Part shown: piece by piece, positions 7,353 to 15,935 of the stretch
How the letters are laid out: the number at the start of each line of letters is the position of its first letter
Position numbering within the stretch: the first letter of the stretch is position 1
Virus record (IMG/VR): IMGVR_UViG_3300030060_002637
Coordinates: 1 to 25,249 of that record
Length of the DNA: 25,249 nucleotides
Reading direction: 5' to 3' (one strand)
Source: a virus
Lineage: Duplodnaviria > Caudoviricetes
Program-made: the position numbers and the translations under genes
Notes under the pieces: generated by a model
Seen by the model: the letters and a program-made list of their open reading frames with translations, nothing else
What the model was told of the DNA's origin: nothing
The model's database searches: none

Positions 7353-9178
7353 TATCTACCTCCATCTGGTTTAATATCTAATCGTAACGTACCATAACGC
7401 CAATTAGAACCTAGTGTATCACTGGTTATTTTTACATTAGTTTGTCTGCCTCTGCCACGTAAATCAAAAAATTTAGTTGTGGTGGTTACATCTCTGCTTA
7501 TCGTAGTTCCTGTTTCTGACGGGTATGTTTTAAAACCCATGGTAAGAGAAGCAGTTCCTACTTGATTTTTAAAATCAGGTATACCTCTGCTTACTGATAA
7601 AATTTGCTGTCCGTCTTGTATATCAAAGTCACCTGACGTAATAAATGCTGTCATTGCAGACTGATCATCATTAACACCTTCTTCATGTTCAAAGAATGTA
7701 GATGCACCAGCAGTCAAACCTTTAACAGTAGGTGTCGTTGCAGTAGCTGAAGGATCATATTTTGTTGCATATGGTCTTTGATATACGCCGTAATCAGTCC
7801 AAGTTGTTCTTGCTAAAGAAGATGTGTACCAGGTTCTTTCTAAATAATTATATGTAACAGATCTGTCTATTTGGTTAGATGTGTTAGAAGCATAGAACCA
7901 AGTTACTTCGTTAAACTCTGAGTTAACACCAGCAAATGTTTCTGGTTGTTGTGTAATAGAAAAATCTTCAAAAACAAAATCTTGTACGCTACATGGTATT
8001 TTTTTGACTGCACCATCATAAAGATAGAAAGCATTTTGTGACATCCAATATGCTATACCGTTTACATCAACAGCTGAATGCACACCTACAGCTCCACAGT
8101 TTGCACCTATTTGTACAAGTGAGAAAGTAAAAGGTGCGCCTACAAATTGTAGTGCGTTTAGTGATGTATCAGTCCACACAAGAACAGCGTTACGTGATCT
8201 TACTGCTGCCACAATCTTTGATCCGTCTTGTATTCTAAACGAACCAGCGGTGTTTGTAGCTGTTGGAGCAAAGTCATTAGTTGTTTCTTGTGAAGCAAAT
8301 CGTAAAAATAAATCATCTTGTGATGTTGAACTCCCTATTGTTGTCTCTGTGCCAAACAAAAATACGTGTCTGTCAGGCATAGATACTAAATTAAATCTTG
8401 AGCTTGAAGGAGTATTGGAAATAACTGTTGCTCTTGTCGCTGTACCGCTAGAAGTGTCCCAAAGAAATGTTTGTCCTTTATGCACGGTAGCTATTAAATC
8501 CTCACCAAAATTATCAAACGACCAGTTTCTTGCATCTAGTGTAACTGTTGAAGTAGATCTTGGAGTATTCCAAGCATCAACGTTCCATGCGTCTGTACCC
8601 CAACCATAACCGTAAGCTGATTGATCTGTACCAATATTGATTTGATATTTCATATTACCAGTGCCACCACCTCCAGATGTCGATCCAGAAGCTGCACTTG
8701 TGTGTGTAACTTTATAATTATTTGCATCTGTTATAGACGTAATCTCAAACTCTGCGTTCATATCTAATCCATCAATTGCAGAAAAAGAGTCAAAGGTTAC
8801 AAAATCACCTTGTATTGCATTGTGCCCTGTATCTGCTACAGAAACAACTGTCGTACCGTTTGTAGTGAAAGGGTTGCTTGCACCTGTAGTGGTTTTTCTA
8901 AGTGGTGTTACGTCATATGCTGTGCCCTCAGAGTATACATAAAATTTTCTATCTGTTCCGAGAGCCGTGTACCTTACACCATTAAGATCTGTCCATACAT
9001 GCGTGCCTCTTACAACACCAATAAGTGTGTCAGAAATAAGTTTAAGCCAACCACCTACCTTTTGTGGTAAGCCATAATGAAATCTTACATTGTCAGAATC
9101 AACCCAACGTCCTTCTGCACCGTATTCTGTGTCTTGTTTGTCTATACCAGGTGCTATTTTTAATTTTGCTAAAGGCAT
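7352..9178 (-). CDS. Tail nozzle / DNA-stabilisation protein (P22 gp10 / T7 gp12 functional equivalent), 608 aa
   Basis: PGIDKQDTEY...W.DSDNVRF...PQKVGGW start, beta-propeller-like Trp/Asp-rich body, WRYGTLRLDIKPDGGR end; position upstream of ejection genes. Confidence 0.75.
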   Translation of the reverse strand: MPLAKLKIAPGIDKQDTEYGAEGRWVDSDNVRFHYGLPQKVGGWLKLISDTLIGVVRGTHVWTDLNGVRYTALGTDRKFYVYSEGTAYDVTPLRKTTTGASNPFTTNGTTVVSVADTGHNAIQGDFVTFDSFSAIDGLDMNAEFEITSITDANNYKVTHTSAASGSTSGGGGTGNMKYQINIGTDQSAYGYGWGTDAWNVDAWNTPRSTSTVTLDARNWSFDNFGEDLIATVHKGQTFLWDTSSGTATRATVISNTPSSSRFNLVSMPDRHVFLFGTETTIGSSTSQDDLFLRFASQETTNDFAPTATNTAGSFRIQDGSKIVAAVRSRNAVLVWTDTSLNALQFVGAPFTFSLVQIGANCGAVGVHSAVDVNGIAYWMSQNAFYLYDGAVKKIPCSVQDFVFEDFSITQQPETFAGVNSEFNEVTWFYASNTSNQIDRSVTYNYLERTWYTSSLARTTWTDYGVYQRPYATKYDPSATATTPTVKGLTAGASTFFEHEEGVNDDQSAMTAFITSGDFDIQDGQQILSVSRGIPDFKNQVGTASLTMGFKTYPSETGTTISRDVTTTTKFFDLRGRGRQTNVKITSDTLGSNWRYGTLRLDIKPDGGR

Positions 9179-10098
9179 TATGCTATCCTTAAAAATCTAA
9201 ATACTATTTCACCGCCGCCACCAGCTCCACCGCCTCTAGCACTACTTCCACTGCCGCCACCGCCGCCTCCAGATCCTTTGTCACCAGAACTTCCAGAACT
9301 TCCAGAGCCACTACCACCAGCTCCACCAGTTTGATTACCAGAAAATGAACTTGCACCGACAGTTCCAGCCACTGATGAGTTGTCACCACCAGCTCTACTA
9401 CCGTTTCCTCCAGCGACACCATCACCTTGTTGATTAAATGATCCAACGGGACCTTGAGTAAATGATGAATCACTTGCTATATTCAAACCATCAACTGTTG
9501 TACCTGATGATAGAACAGAGGACACTGACCTTGTGCCTCCTGCGCCACCTGTGCTGGCTGGAGCAGAAACACGTCCTCCTGTTGAAGCAGCGCTTCCTCC
9601 TCCATTTAAGGTAAAAATAACACCAGAAGAAGATCCAGTTAGGATAGTGTTGCCTCCTGCGCCACTGGTTGTATTAGTGGGGGGTTCTCCTACTGCGCCT
9701 CCACCTGCGCCTCCAGTAGATGAGATAGTAGGCGTTAATGTTTCACCTCCAGTTACAGAAAAAACACAATCAGAAATAAAAGCACCAGAGCCTCCTCCAG
9801 CACCACTATCTTCAAAACCTGCTTTATCGTACTCCAAACCACCACCTCCACCAGAACCAGCACCTACGGCTGACTGAATATGAATAGCGTTTGCTAAAGC
9901 AGGAACTGAAATTCCTGTAGCATTTGTTGCTGTGGTAAATGTGCTAGGTGTTTCAAAAAGAACAAATACTGTTCTCCATACACCTCCATCTTTTACATAA
10001 ACATTTGTAATTGTTTTGTTAGTAAACGACGTTCCGTCATGAACGTAAACTTGATTTACTGTTCTAAAAGTACCGCCATCTTTAACATTTATTGTCAT
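9178..10098 (-). CDS. Glycine-rich fibre-tip/adhesin-like protein, 306 aa
   Basis: Repeated V(K/H)DG N-terminal units ending VYVKDGGVW, polyglycine segments, C-terminal GGGGEIVFRF. Confidence 0.75.
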   Translation of the reverse strand: MTINVKDGGTFRTVNQVYVHDGTSFTNKTITNVYVKDGGVWRTVFVLFETPSTFTTATNATGISVPALANAIHIQSAVGAGSGGGGGLEYDKAGFEDSGAGGGSGAFISDCVFSVTGGETLTPTISSTGGAGGGAVGEPPTNTTSGAGGNTILTGSSSGVIFTLNGGGSAASTGGRVSAPASTGGAGGTRSVSSVLSSGTTVDGLNIASDSSFTQGPVGSFNQQGDGVAGGNGSRAGGDNSSVAGTVGASSFSGNQTGGAGGSGSGSSGSSGDKGSGGGGGGSGSSARGGGAGGGGEIVFRFLRIA

Positions 10099-10104
10099 GA
10101 ATCA

Positions 10105-10359
10105 TTATGTAGAATATTTGTACCAAATATCACCGTTTGATCCACCACTAGGATCAGATGTGCTTACAGTTCTAGTACCATTTGCATTTGTACCTGCAGT
10201 TGCAGATATAAAAGCTTGTACATCTGAACCAATGGCAACTCCTAAATTTGTTCTGCCTGTAGCTGCAGCGCCAATGTCACTTAAATTGTTTGATGCTTGT
10301 AAAACTCCAGAGACATTTGCTCCAGAAAATTTATATCTAATAGATGCATATGTAGCCAT
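10105..10359 (-). CDS. Short tail-fibre-like protein, 84 aa (start revised to ATG 10359)
   Basis: GGAG RBS; NNLSDI...GRTNLGVAIGSDVQA fibre repeat; ends PSGGSNGDIWYKYST. Confidence 0.75.
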   Translation of the reverse strand: MATYASIRYKFSGANVSGVLQASNNLSDIGAAATGRTNLGVAIGSDVQAFISATAGTNANGTRTVSTSDPSGGSNGDIWYKYST

Positions 10360-10360
10360 A

Positions 10361-11071
10361 TTATTTCTCCAATAGTTTCCATCCGTACGTCGATCCCGAA
10401 TAGACCAACGCAAAAGCTGCCCCTTCAGTTGCAACAGTTAAGTCTGATGTAGCGCCGTCTATTTTTTCACTATTACGACCTACAGTTAAATTGTTTGTAT
10501 CAAAATGGTTTGCTAAATCAACAAACCTTACTTCATCTCCTACATTGGGGGAAGCTGGTAAAGTAATTGTGAAAGCACCACCAGTTGTATTTGCAAATAT
10601 TTTATCACCTGCAAAAGCTGTATATGTTCCTGTCTTTGTTAACCAATCACTTCCTTGTGTTTGTATTTCAAACCAATTTGTACCGTCAGTAGACAAAAAT
10701 ACATTTCTATCTGGGTTTATAACAAAAGTGTTACCTGAAGATCCTAATCTTGCAGTAATCTTATTAGATGAGCTAGCGTTTCTTAAAAAGTATAGTTTTT
10801 CTACAGCAGGAAACTGTATAATAAAATCTGATGAATGACCTGTGAATATTATTGCAGCTTGTCTAGCTTCATTATTTGCTTGTGTTTGTGGTCCGTCATT
10901 CGTAGTAAGCGTTACAGGGCTAGATGATGATCCTAAATTCTTTGTGTATACACCAGCTATAGATTGTTCAATAGACTGAGAAAAGTTATTATTTGTTGTA
11001 TTACCCCATGAATTTGATTGCTCTCCAGAGCCAATTAATTCAATTTTAAGTCTTGTCGAATACGTACTCAT
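10361..11071 (-). CDS. Tail fibre base/hub protein, 236 aa (start revised to ATG 11071)
   Basis: TAATG coupling; MSTYSTRLKIEL..GEQSNSWG.TTN N-terminus; C-terminal TITLPASP...VRFVD...NNLTVGRN...LVY...GW domain shared with the four Gly-rich fibres. Confidence 0.75.
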   Translation of the reverse strand: MSTYSTRLKIELIGSGEQSNSWGNTTNNNFSQSIEQSIAGVYTKNLGSSSSPVTLTTNDGPQTQANNEARQAAIIFTGHSSDFIIQFPAVEKLYFLRNASSSNKITARLGSSGNTFVINPDRNVFLSTDGTNWFEIQTQGSDWLTKTGTYTAFAGDKIFANTTGGAFTITLPASPNVGDEVRFVDLANHFDTNNLTVGRNSEKIDGATSDLTVATEGAAFALVYSGSTYGWKLLEK

Positions 11072-12243
11072 TATGCTGCGTCCTTCCAATCCATTGTAGC
11101 ACTATCATCTACATTTGTCCAATTCGATGTTACGCTATCATTTACTTCTTGCCACCCATAAACCGCTGGTGTTCCAAGAGCCGTGGTCATTGATAAGCCA
11201 GTAGGTGTGGCAACGGCATTATTAAATACCGATATTGTACCTAAATTAGCTATTGCAAATTGTCCAGCAGGTAACGCTGTGGAAGCTAGTTTTATGGATA
11301 CAGATCCTAATCCAACGCTTCCTGATTGACCTGTGTAATCTGTGTTGGTAACAGTGTTAGCTTGACCACCCATGCCAGAGTGTACGTGACAGTAATAATA
11401 TAAAGTTGGTGCACTAGCAGCTACAGTGATAGTTAAACTTCTAGTTGTTGCAGAAGCATAACTAGAGAGATAACTTGTCCTTGTTACATTTGATCCGTTT
11501 ATTTGATACGTTACACCTGTTTCATAAGGCGATCCAGAATTGTGAGAACCATCTGAAGTGGTCGATAGCAATAATGGGTGTGATGCTACAGATGAGTCAC
11601 TACCATTAAATATATATGTTTTACCTTCTTTAAGAGTTAGAAGTTGTTGCTGTACTCCGTTAATTTCATATTTATTGCCACTACCAGTGCTTATAACTTT
11701 AACCGTTAACGTTTCTGTTGTGACAGGTGGATTTGGTTCTACAAGTGCATTACCGATTGTAGATGTTCCACCAAGTGACATTGACATTGGTAAACCAGGA
11801 ACAAGAGGCTTACCTTCTATCGATACAGATCCTAAACCTGTAGTCATTGCTTGACCTGTTACAGTCTCAACAATTCTATCTACTTGTACCTCTGTTGTCC
11901 CTAAAGCTGATGTTAATCCAAATCCTGTTACAGCTGGGCCAATACCAACTGATCCGATAGCCGTGGTTAATCCTTGACCAGCAGGTTCTATCTTATGACC
12001 TGCACTTACACCTACACCACCAACAGCAGCAGTCATAGATTGACCAGTTACATTTACTGCTCCTTGTACAGCAGGTGAACCAAGAACTGATGTTAATCCA
12101 AATCCTGTTATAGTTGGTTTGAGACCAACAGTGGTAGATCCAAGCGCTGTGCTTGCTCCTAAACCAGATACTGCGACTAATGCACTTTGTCCACTAAGCG
12201 TCGAAAATGGTGATTCTGAAAAACCTGAAATACCAAATGCCAT
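11071..12243 (-). CDS. Structural protein with TGxxxTxxxG repeats and an inserted cupredoxin-like domain, 390 aa
   Basis: FGISGFSESPFS start, many (T/S)GxxxTxxxG beta repeats, W-x8-W-x9-W tail; insert about 11352-11712 with HP...YYYCHVHSGMGG. Confidence 0.8.
   Translation of the reverse strand: MAFGISGFSESPFSTLSGQSALVAVSGLGASTALGSTTVGLKPTITGFGLTSVLGSPAVQGAVNVTGQSMTAAVGGVGVSAGHKIEPAGQGLTTAIGSVGIGPAVTGFGLTSALGTTEVQVDRIVETVTGQAMTTGLGSVSIEGKPLVPGLPMSMSLGGTSTIGNALVEPNPPVTTETLTVKVISTGSGNKYEINGVQQQLLTLKEGKTYIFNGSDSSVASHPLLLSTTSDGSHNSGSPYETGVTYQINGSNVTRTSYLSSYASATTRSLTITVAASAPTLYYYCHVHSGMGGQANTVTNTDYTGQSGSVGLGSVSIKLASTALPAGQFAIANLGTISVFNNAVATPTGLSMTTALGTPAVYGWQEVNDSVTSNWTNVDDSATMDWKDAA
11907..12110. 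repeat. 24-bp direct repeat inside the 390-aa gene
   Basis: ctgatgttaatccaaatcctgtta at 11907-11930 and 12087-12110, encoding TGFGLTS twice. Confidence 0.8.
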
Positions 12244-12249
12244 ATTGGT

Positions 12250-12278
12250 ATTTTAACTATAAAAAGTGATTTAGTCTA
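12250..12278 (-). promoter_or_regulatory. Sigma70-type promoter, probably giving a leaderless transcript
   Basis: TAGACT (12278-12273), 17-bp spacer, TAAAAT (12255-12250), then only 6 nt before ATG 12243; no Shine-Dalgarno. Confidence 0.55.
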
Positions 12279-12899
12279 CTGTGCTTTTTTATAATAGTTA
12301 GGTAATCCCAACATAGGTCTACCATCAAAAGCATTAGATTCTTGGAATTGTCCAGCTTTATTATTGTAGTGCAAAAACACTTGACCGCAATCTTGACCTT
12401 CAAAGGATTCACGCCAGTGTTCTAGATCACAACCACTGTAAACAAGCATATCTCCTGGTTTTAAAATAACTTTTTTTCCTTTGTTGCCTTGACCCTCACT
12501 AGGATCTAAATAAATAGGCCATTCATCTCCTCCTAAATTAAGAGTGCATGATATTTCACAAGATGGTCTATCTTTATGTCTATGAAGAACATCACCATAT
12601 TTATAAATACGAGCATATGTATATGTTGGAACTAAATTCATATTAGTTACTTCCATCATCTTTGGTCTAACCCTTACCATTAAAGTTTCCATTACTAAAT
12701 CTGCGTAGTGAGAATAGGTATCTGGTATTTGATTATCCTCCCATGTTCCCCAAGTTTCATCAAAAGGTGAAATATACCCGCTTTCTTTTAAGTGTTTTGA
12801 CACCTGTCTTTTATTTAAAAAATAAGCATAACAAAAACTTGCTAATTCTTTACTAATTGCTTTTTTTACAACTTCATATTTATTTTTTTCAAAACTCAT
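12276..12899 (-). CDS. 2OG-Fe(II) oxygenase-like protein, 207 aa (start revised to ATG 12899)
   Basis: AAAGGAG RBS; PTYTYARIY...HKDRPSCEISCTL (HxD)...PGDMLVYSG..LEHWRE (distal His)...QVFLHY. Confidence 0.8.
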   Translation of the reverse strand: MSFEKNKYEVVKKAISKELASFCYAYFLNKRQVSKHLKESGYISPFDETWGTWEDNQIPDTYSHYADLVMETLMVRVRPKMMEVTNMNLVPTYTYARIYKYGDVLHRHKDRPSCEISCTLNLGGDEWPIYLDPSEGQGNKGKKVILKPGDMLVYSGCDLEHWRESFEGQDCGQVFLHYNNKAGQFQESNAFDGRPMLGLPNYYKKAQ

Positions 12900-12910
12900 T
12901 ACTACTCCTT

Positions 12911-13513
12911 TTATGTAAACGGTCTGCCTTGATGCCAATTAACCAATGAATATCTCGTGCCTGCAGTTACAGGTTTGACTCTATGCCATACAAAAGATGG
13001 GAATATTGTTACAGAACCTTTTATTTTTGCTTCTTTAATTACATGTATGTTTTCTCTATCAGGTGTGCTCATGTTTATTTCAAAGTCGCCCCCTTCATAT
13101 TCGCTACCATCTACTAGTGCTACAGTCATTGATAGTTTTCTAATTTTACCATTTTCATTAATTCTTGTTCCTGCATCAGTGTGCCAATCGTAGTGTTGTT
13201 TTTTATTACCATCGTATTTCGTAAACTGACATGACTCAGACCAATCCCAATGATAATTCCAACCAGCGTTAGCATTAGCTTCATGAACTAAAGGATGTAA
13301 CTCACGATAAATCCAAACAGGATTCATCCATACAACATTTGATTTTCTTTTTTTCTCTAATTCTTTTTGTTGGTTTGGTGTCATGTTATCTTTATCATAA
13401 CCCCAGGTCACACCTGTTTCTTCTTTTAGTGCATTGCCATAGGCGACAATATCATCACATATTCTAGGTGGTAAAGCACCTTGAAAACACCAATAATAAT
13501 TTTGTAATTCCAT
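12911..13513 (-). CDS. 2OG-Fe(II) oxygenase (prolyl-4-hydroxylase/PKHD-like), 200 aa
   Basis: YDWHTD (HxD), RKLSMTVAL, YEGGDF, IFPSFVWHRVKPVTAGTRYSLVNW (distal His and 2OG-binding RxS). Confidence 0.92.
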   Translation of the reverse strand: MELQNYYWCFQGALPPRICDDIVAYGNALKEETGVTWGYDKDNMTPNQQKELEKKRKSNVVWMNPVWIYRELHPLVHEANANAGWNYHWDWSESCQFTKYDGNKKQHYDWHTDAGTRINENGKIRKLSMTVALVDGSEYEGGDFEINMSTPDRENIHVIKEAKIKGSVTIFPSFVWHRVKPVTAGTRYSLVNWHQGRPFT

Positions 13514-13525
13514 CTTTCTTATTTT

Positions 13526-13555
13526 ATCTTATACCCTTTTTTTAAAAGGATGCAA
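13526..13555 (-). promoter_or_regulatory. Possible sigma70-type promoter for the oxygenase pair
   Basis: TTGCAT (13555-13550), then TATAAG at 16-bp or TAAGAT at 18-bp spacing; the spacer is itself a weak inverted repeat (CCTTTT/AAAAGG). Confidence 0.5.
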
Positions 13556-13556
13556 A

Positions 13557-14819
13557 TTAATTTTGGTATTTGTATCTTATGATAACGACTCCAGAGCCGC
13601 CAGCAAAACCATTTGATGGTGGATTCATTGCGCCACCGCCGCCACCAGTATTAGCTGTGCCTGCAGACCCTCCACTACCAGCATTACTACCAGTTCCGCC
13701 ACCGCCAGCACCGCCAGCACCAGTGCTTCCGTTTCTAGCACCGCCACCGCCACCGCCTCTTGTAACAGGTGAACCATTTATGCTTGAAGCTCTACCATCT
13801 CCACCAGCTTGAGTTTGTCCAGTTTCGGAAGCACCGCCACCGCCACCGCCTTGTAATCCATTTGAACGATTTCCATTAGCTCCAGGATAACCCTGAACAG
13901 GTGACACAGGAGGGGTATTTCCAGCGCCGCCGTTTCCATCTAATGAACCACCTCCGCCAGAGCCGCCATCTCCGCCATTACTGTCAGGATTTGCTCCTGC
14001 ATCAGCACCTCCACCGCCACCACCAGCAGAAGTTATACTTGAAAAAATAGAAGGCTCTCCTGATGATGCTCTAGAAGGAGTAGAACCAGCAGCTCCACCA
14101 CTGCCTACTTGTATAGGATACGCTTGAGCTGACACAGATAATCCTCCTGTTGCTGGATTAGGAAATGACTCTCTATAGCCACCAGCTCCACCACCACCAG
14201 ACCAATCTCCTGCACCTCCACCGCCTCCAGCAATTACTAAATAATCAACTGTGTTAGAACCAGCAGAGTTTCCTGCAGCTGAGACTGTAAATGTCCCATC
14301 GCCTGTAAATGTATGAATTTTAAAATCACCAGAAGTGGTTTCTGTGCCACCTGAAGCGGTTACGTATTCTTTATCTTGTAAATCAGCAACATTAGATTCC
14401 ACAGTGAAAACCCATCCTTCTGTAGAATCAATATAGACCATAATAACAGATGCTCTGTTTGTTGATATTTTTGAATCATTAGCATTTCCTTGTATATTAG
14501 ATCCATTTCTTGCAATTGTTAAAGCGTTGGTACCAAAAGTTCCTGTATAATCTTTAAAACCTACGATAGCTCCTGCTGATGGTGAAGAGGGTAAAGTAGC
14601 TGTAATAGCTCCACTAGAGGTATCGACAAAATATCCCTCTGTTGTTGCTGCTGTAAAATCTCCTGTTTTCTTTGTTGTTTGCCAATCGACCGCACCTGTT
14701 CTACCAAAACCAGTAGCTGTTGCTCCAGAGGCTAAAGATATGGTTTTACCTGACTCACCAATTGTTAAGGTTGATCCAGATTGAGTGGTGATAGTATTAA
14801 CTTTAATTGTGCTAGCCAT
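13557..14819 (-). CDS. Glycine-rich tail fibre/adhesin paralog 4, 420 aa
   Basis: DWQ...TLP...GW domain, ASGGTETTSGDFKIHTF, polyglycine blocks, ends GVVIIRYKYQN. Confidence 0.85.
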   Translation of the reverse strand: MASTIKVNTITTQSGSTLTIGESGKTISLASGATATGFGRTGAVDWQTTKKTGDFTAATTEGYFVDTSSGAITATLPSSPSAGAIVGFKDYTGTFGTNALTIARNGSNIQGNANDSKISTNRASVIMVYIDSTEGWVFTVESNVADLQDKEYVTASGGTETTSGDFKIHTFTGDGTFTVSAAGNSAGSNTVDYLVIAGGGGGAGDWSGGGGAGGYRESFPNPATGGLSVSAQAYPIQVGSGGAAGSTPSRASSGEPSIFSSITSAGGGGGGADAGANPDSNGGDGGSGGGGSLDGNGGAGNTPPVSPVQGYPGANGNRSNGLQGGGGGGASETGQTQAGGDGRASSINGSPVTRGGGGGGARNGSTGAGGAGGGGTGSNAGSGGSAGTANTGGGGGAMNPPSNGFAGGSGVVIIRYKYQN

Positions 14820-14842
14820 GATTTTCTCTTGTTATCATTATT

Positions 14843-15388
14843 TTACAATAAATGGAACTGAAATGAAAGAGCTACTATTGGGTCTTTATTTCGATTTTTG
14901 GTAATTTTATGCCTTATATAAGATGGAAATATAATTAAATTATCTTTTGTAAGATCTACTTTGTATCTTAATTTTTTGTTTCTCCCAAATTCGTATTCAA
15001 ATATTACACTACTTTTTTCCTCTCTATCCTCTAAACACCATAACACAGATATTTCAGGAGATCCTTCAAGATCCCATTCATCAATGTGATGATGAGCTCC
15101 TAAAGACGCATTATTTTCTAAAACTATTCCGTGTCTTCTAACAATAATAGGTGTTTCAGAATATTCTACTTTGTAATGATCTCTAATATAATCATGCATC
15201 CAAGATAGACTTTGTACATCATTTGTTTCACAGTAATTAAACTGTTCATACCATTCTTCTTTTTCTATTCTTTTGTTAAAAAAATAATTTTTTACAGTAT
15301 CACTAATTATTTTTTGTCTATCAAATTTAAGTATGTCAGCTACTTTATGTGTAATTACAAATTGTTCAGAGAGAACTTTTTTGTGCAT
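14843..15388 (-). CDS. Putative 2OG-Fe(II) oxygenase (TIGR02466-like cupin), 181 aa
   Basis: HHH (HxH), IIFPSYIRHKI..N, ALSFQF; the expected C-terminal Arg is not obvious, so activity is uncertain. Confidence 0.65.
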   Translation of the reverse strand: MHKKVLSEQFVITHKVADILKFDRQKIISDTVKNYFFNKRIEKEEWYEQFNYCETNDVQSLSWMHDYIRDHYKVEYSETPIIVRRHGIVLENNASLGAHHHIDEWDLEGSPEISVLWCLEDREEKSSVIFEYEFGRNKKLRYKVDLTKDNLIIFPSYIRHKITKNRNKDPIVALSFQFHLL

Positions 15389-15391
15389 CTA

Positions 15392-15892
15392 TTATAAGGC
15401 AACCCAAGCTGAAGCACTAGCATCCCATCTAAAATTACCAACAGGATCCTCTTGATCTGTAGCAACCCAACGAGTGTTAGTTTCGTCCCAAGTAATATCG
15501 TAAAGTTTAGCAGGATCACCATAAGTTTCAACACTTGGTCGTGCAACTGGTGCATCCCATAAACATGTTGTTTCATTTAAAACCCACGACGCATATGGTT
15601 TTGGTGGATAAAATGCATCACGATCTTCGTCCCATGTCCAACCAATGCCTGCATAATTTTTACGTAATGCTTTTGATTGATCATCGGATTCCGTATTGTC
15701 TTCTTTATAGTGTTTACCACCTCTTGTATTATAAGAAGTTTGCACCCATAAAGGCCATCCATGAATACGTTCTAAAAATTGTTTACCAACTGATTCATCT
15801 TCAACGCCATCTGCATTCAATAAATCTTTATCATCTACTGCATGCACGCCAATAACTTTTGAATTTATTCCTATTTTTGCAAAATGTGCCAT
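15392..15892 (-). CDS. Conserved fibre-associated protein (MAHFA... family), 166 aa
   Basis: AAGGAG RBS; WVQTSYN...RKNYAGIG...DAFYPPKPYASWVLNETTCLWDAP pattern recalled beside Gly-rich fibre genes; Trp-rich C-terminus. Confidence 0.8.
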   Translation of the reverse strand: MAHFAKIGINSKVIGVHAVDDKDLLNADGVEDESVGKQFLERIHGWPLWVQTSYNTRGGKHYKEDNTESDDQSKALRKNYAGIGWTWDEDRDAFYPPKPYASWVLNETTCLWDAPVARPSVETYGDPAKLYDITWDETNTRWVATDQEDPVGNFRWDASASAWVAL

Positions 15893-15935
15893 AACTATCT
15901 CCTTATATTATATTAAAAATCTTTTTTATAAAACA

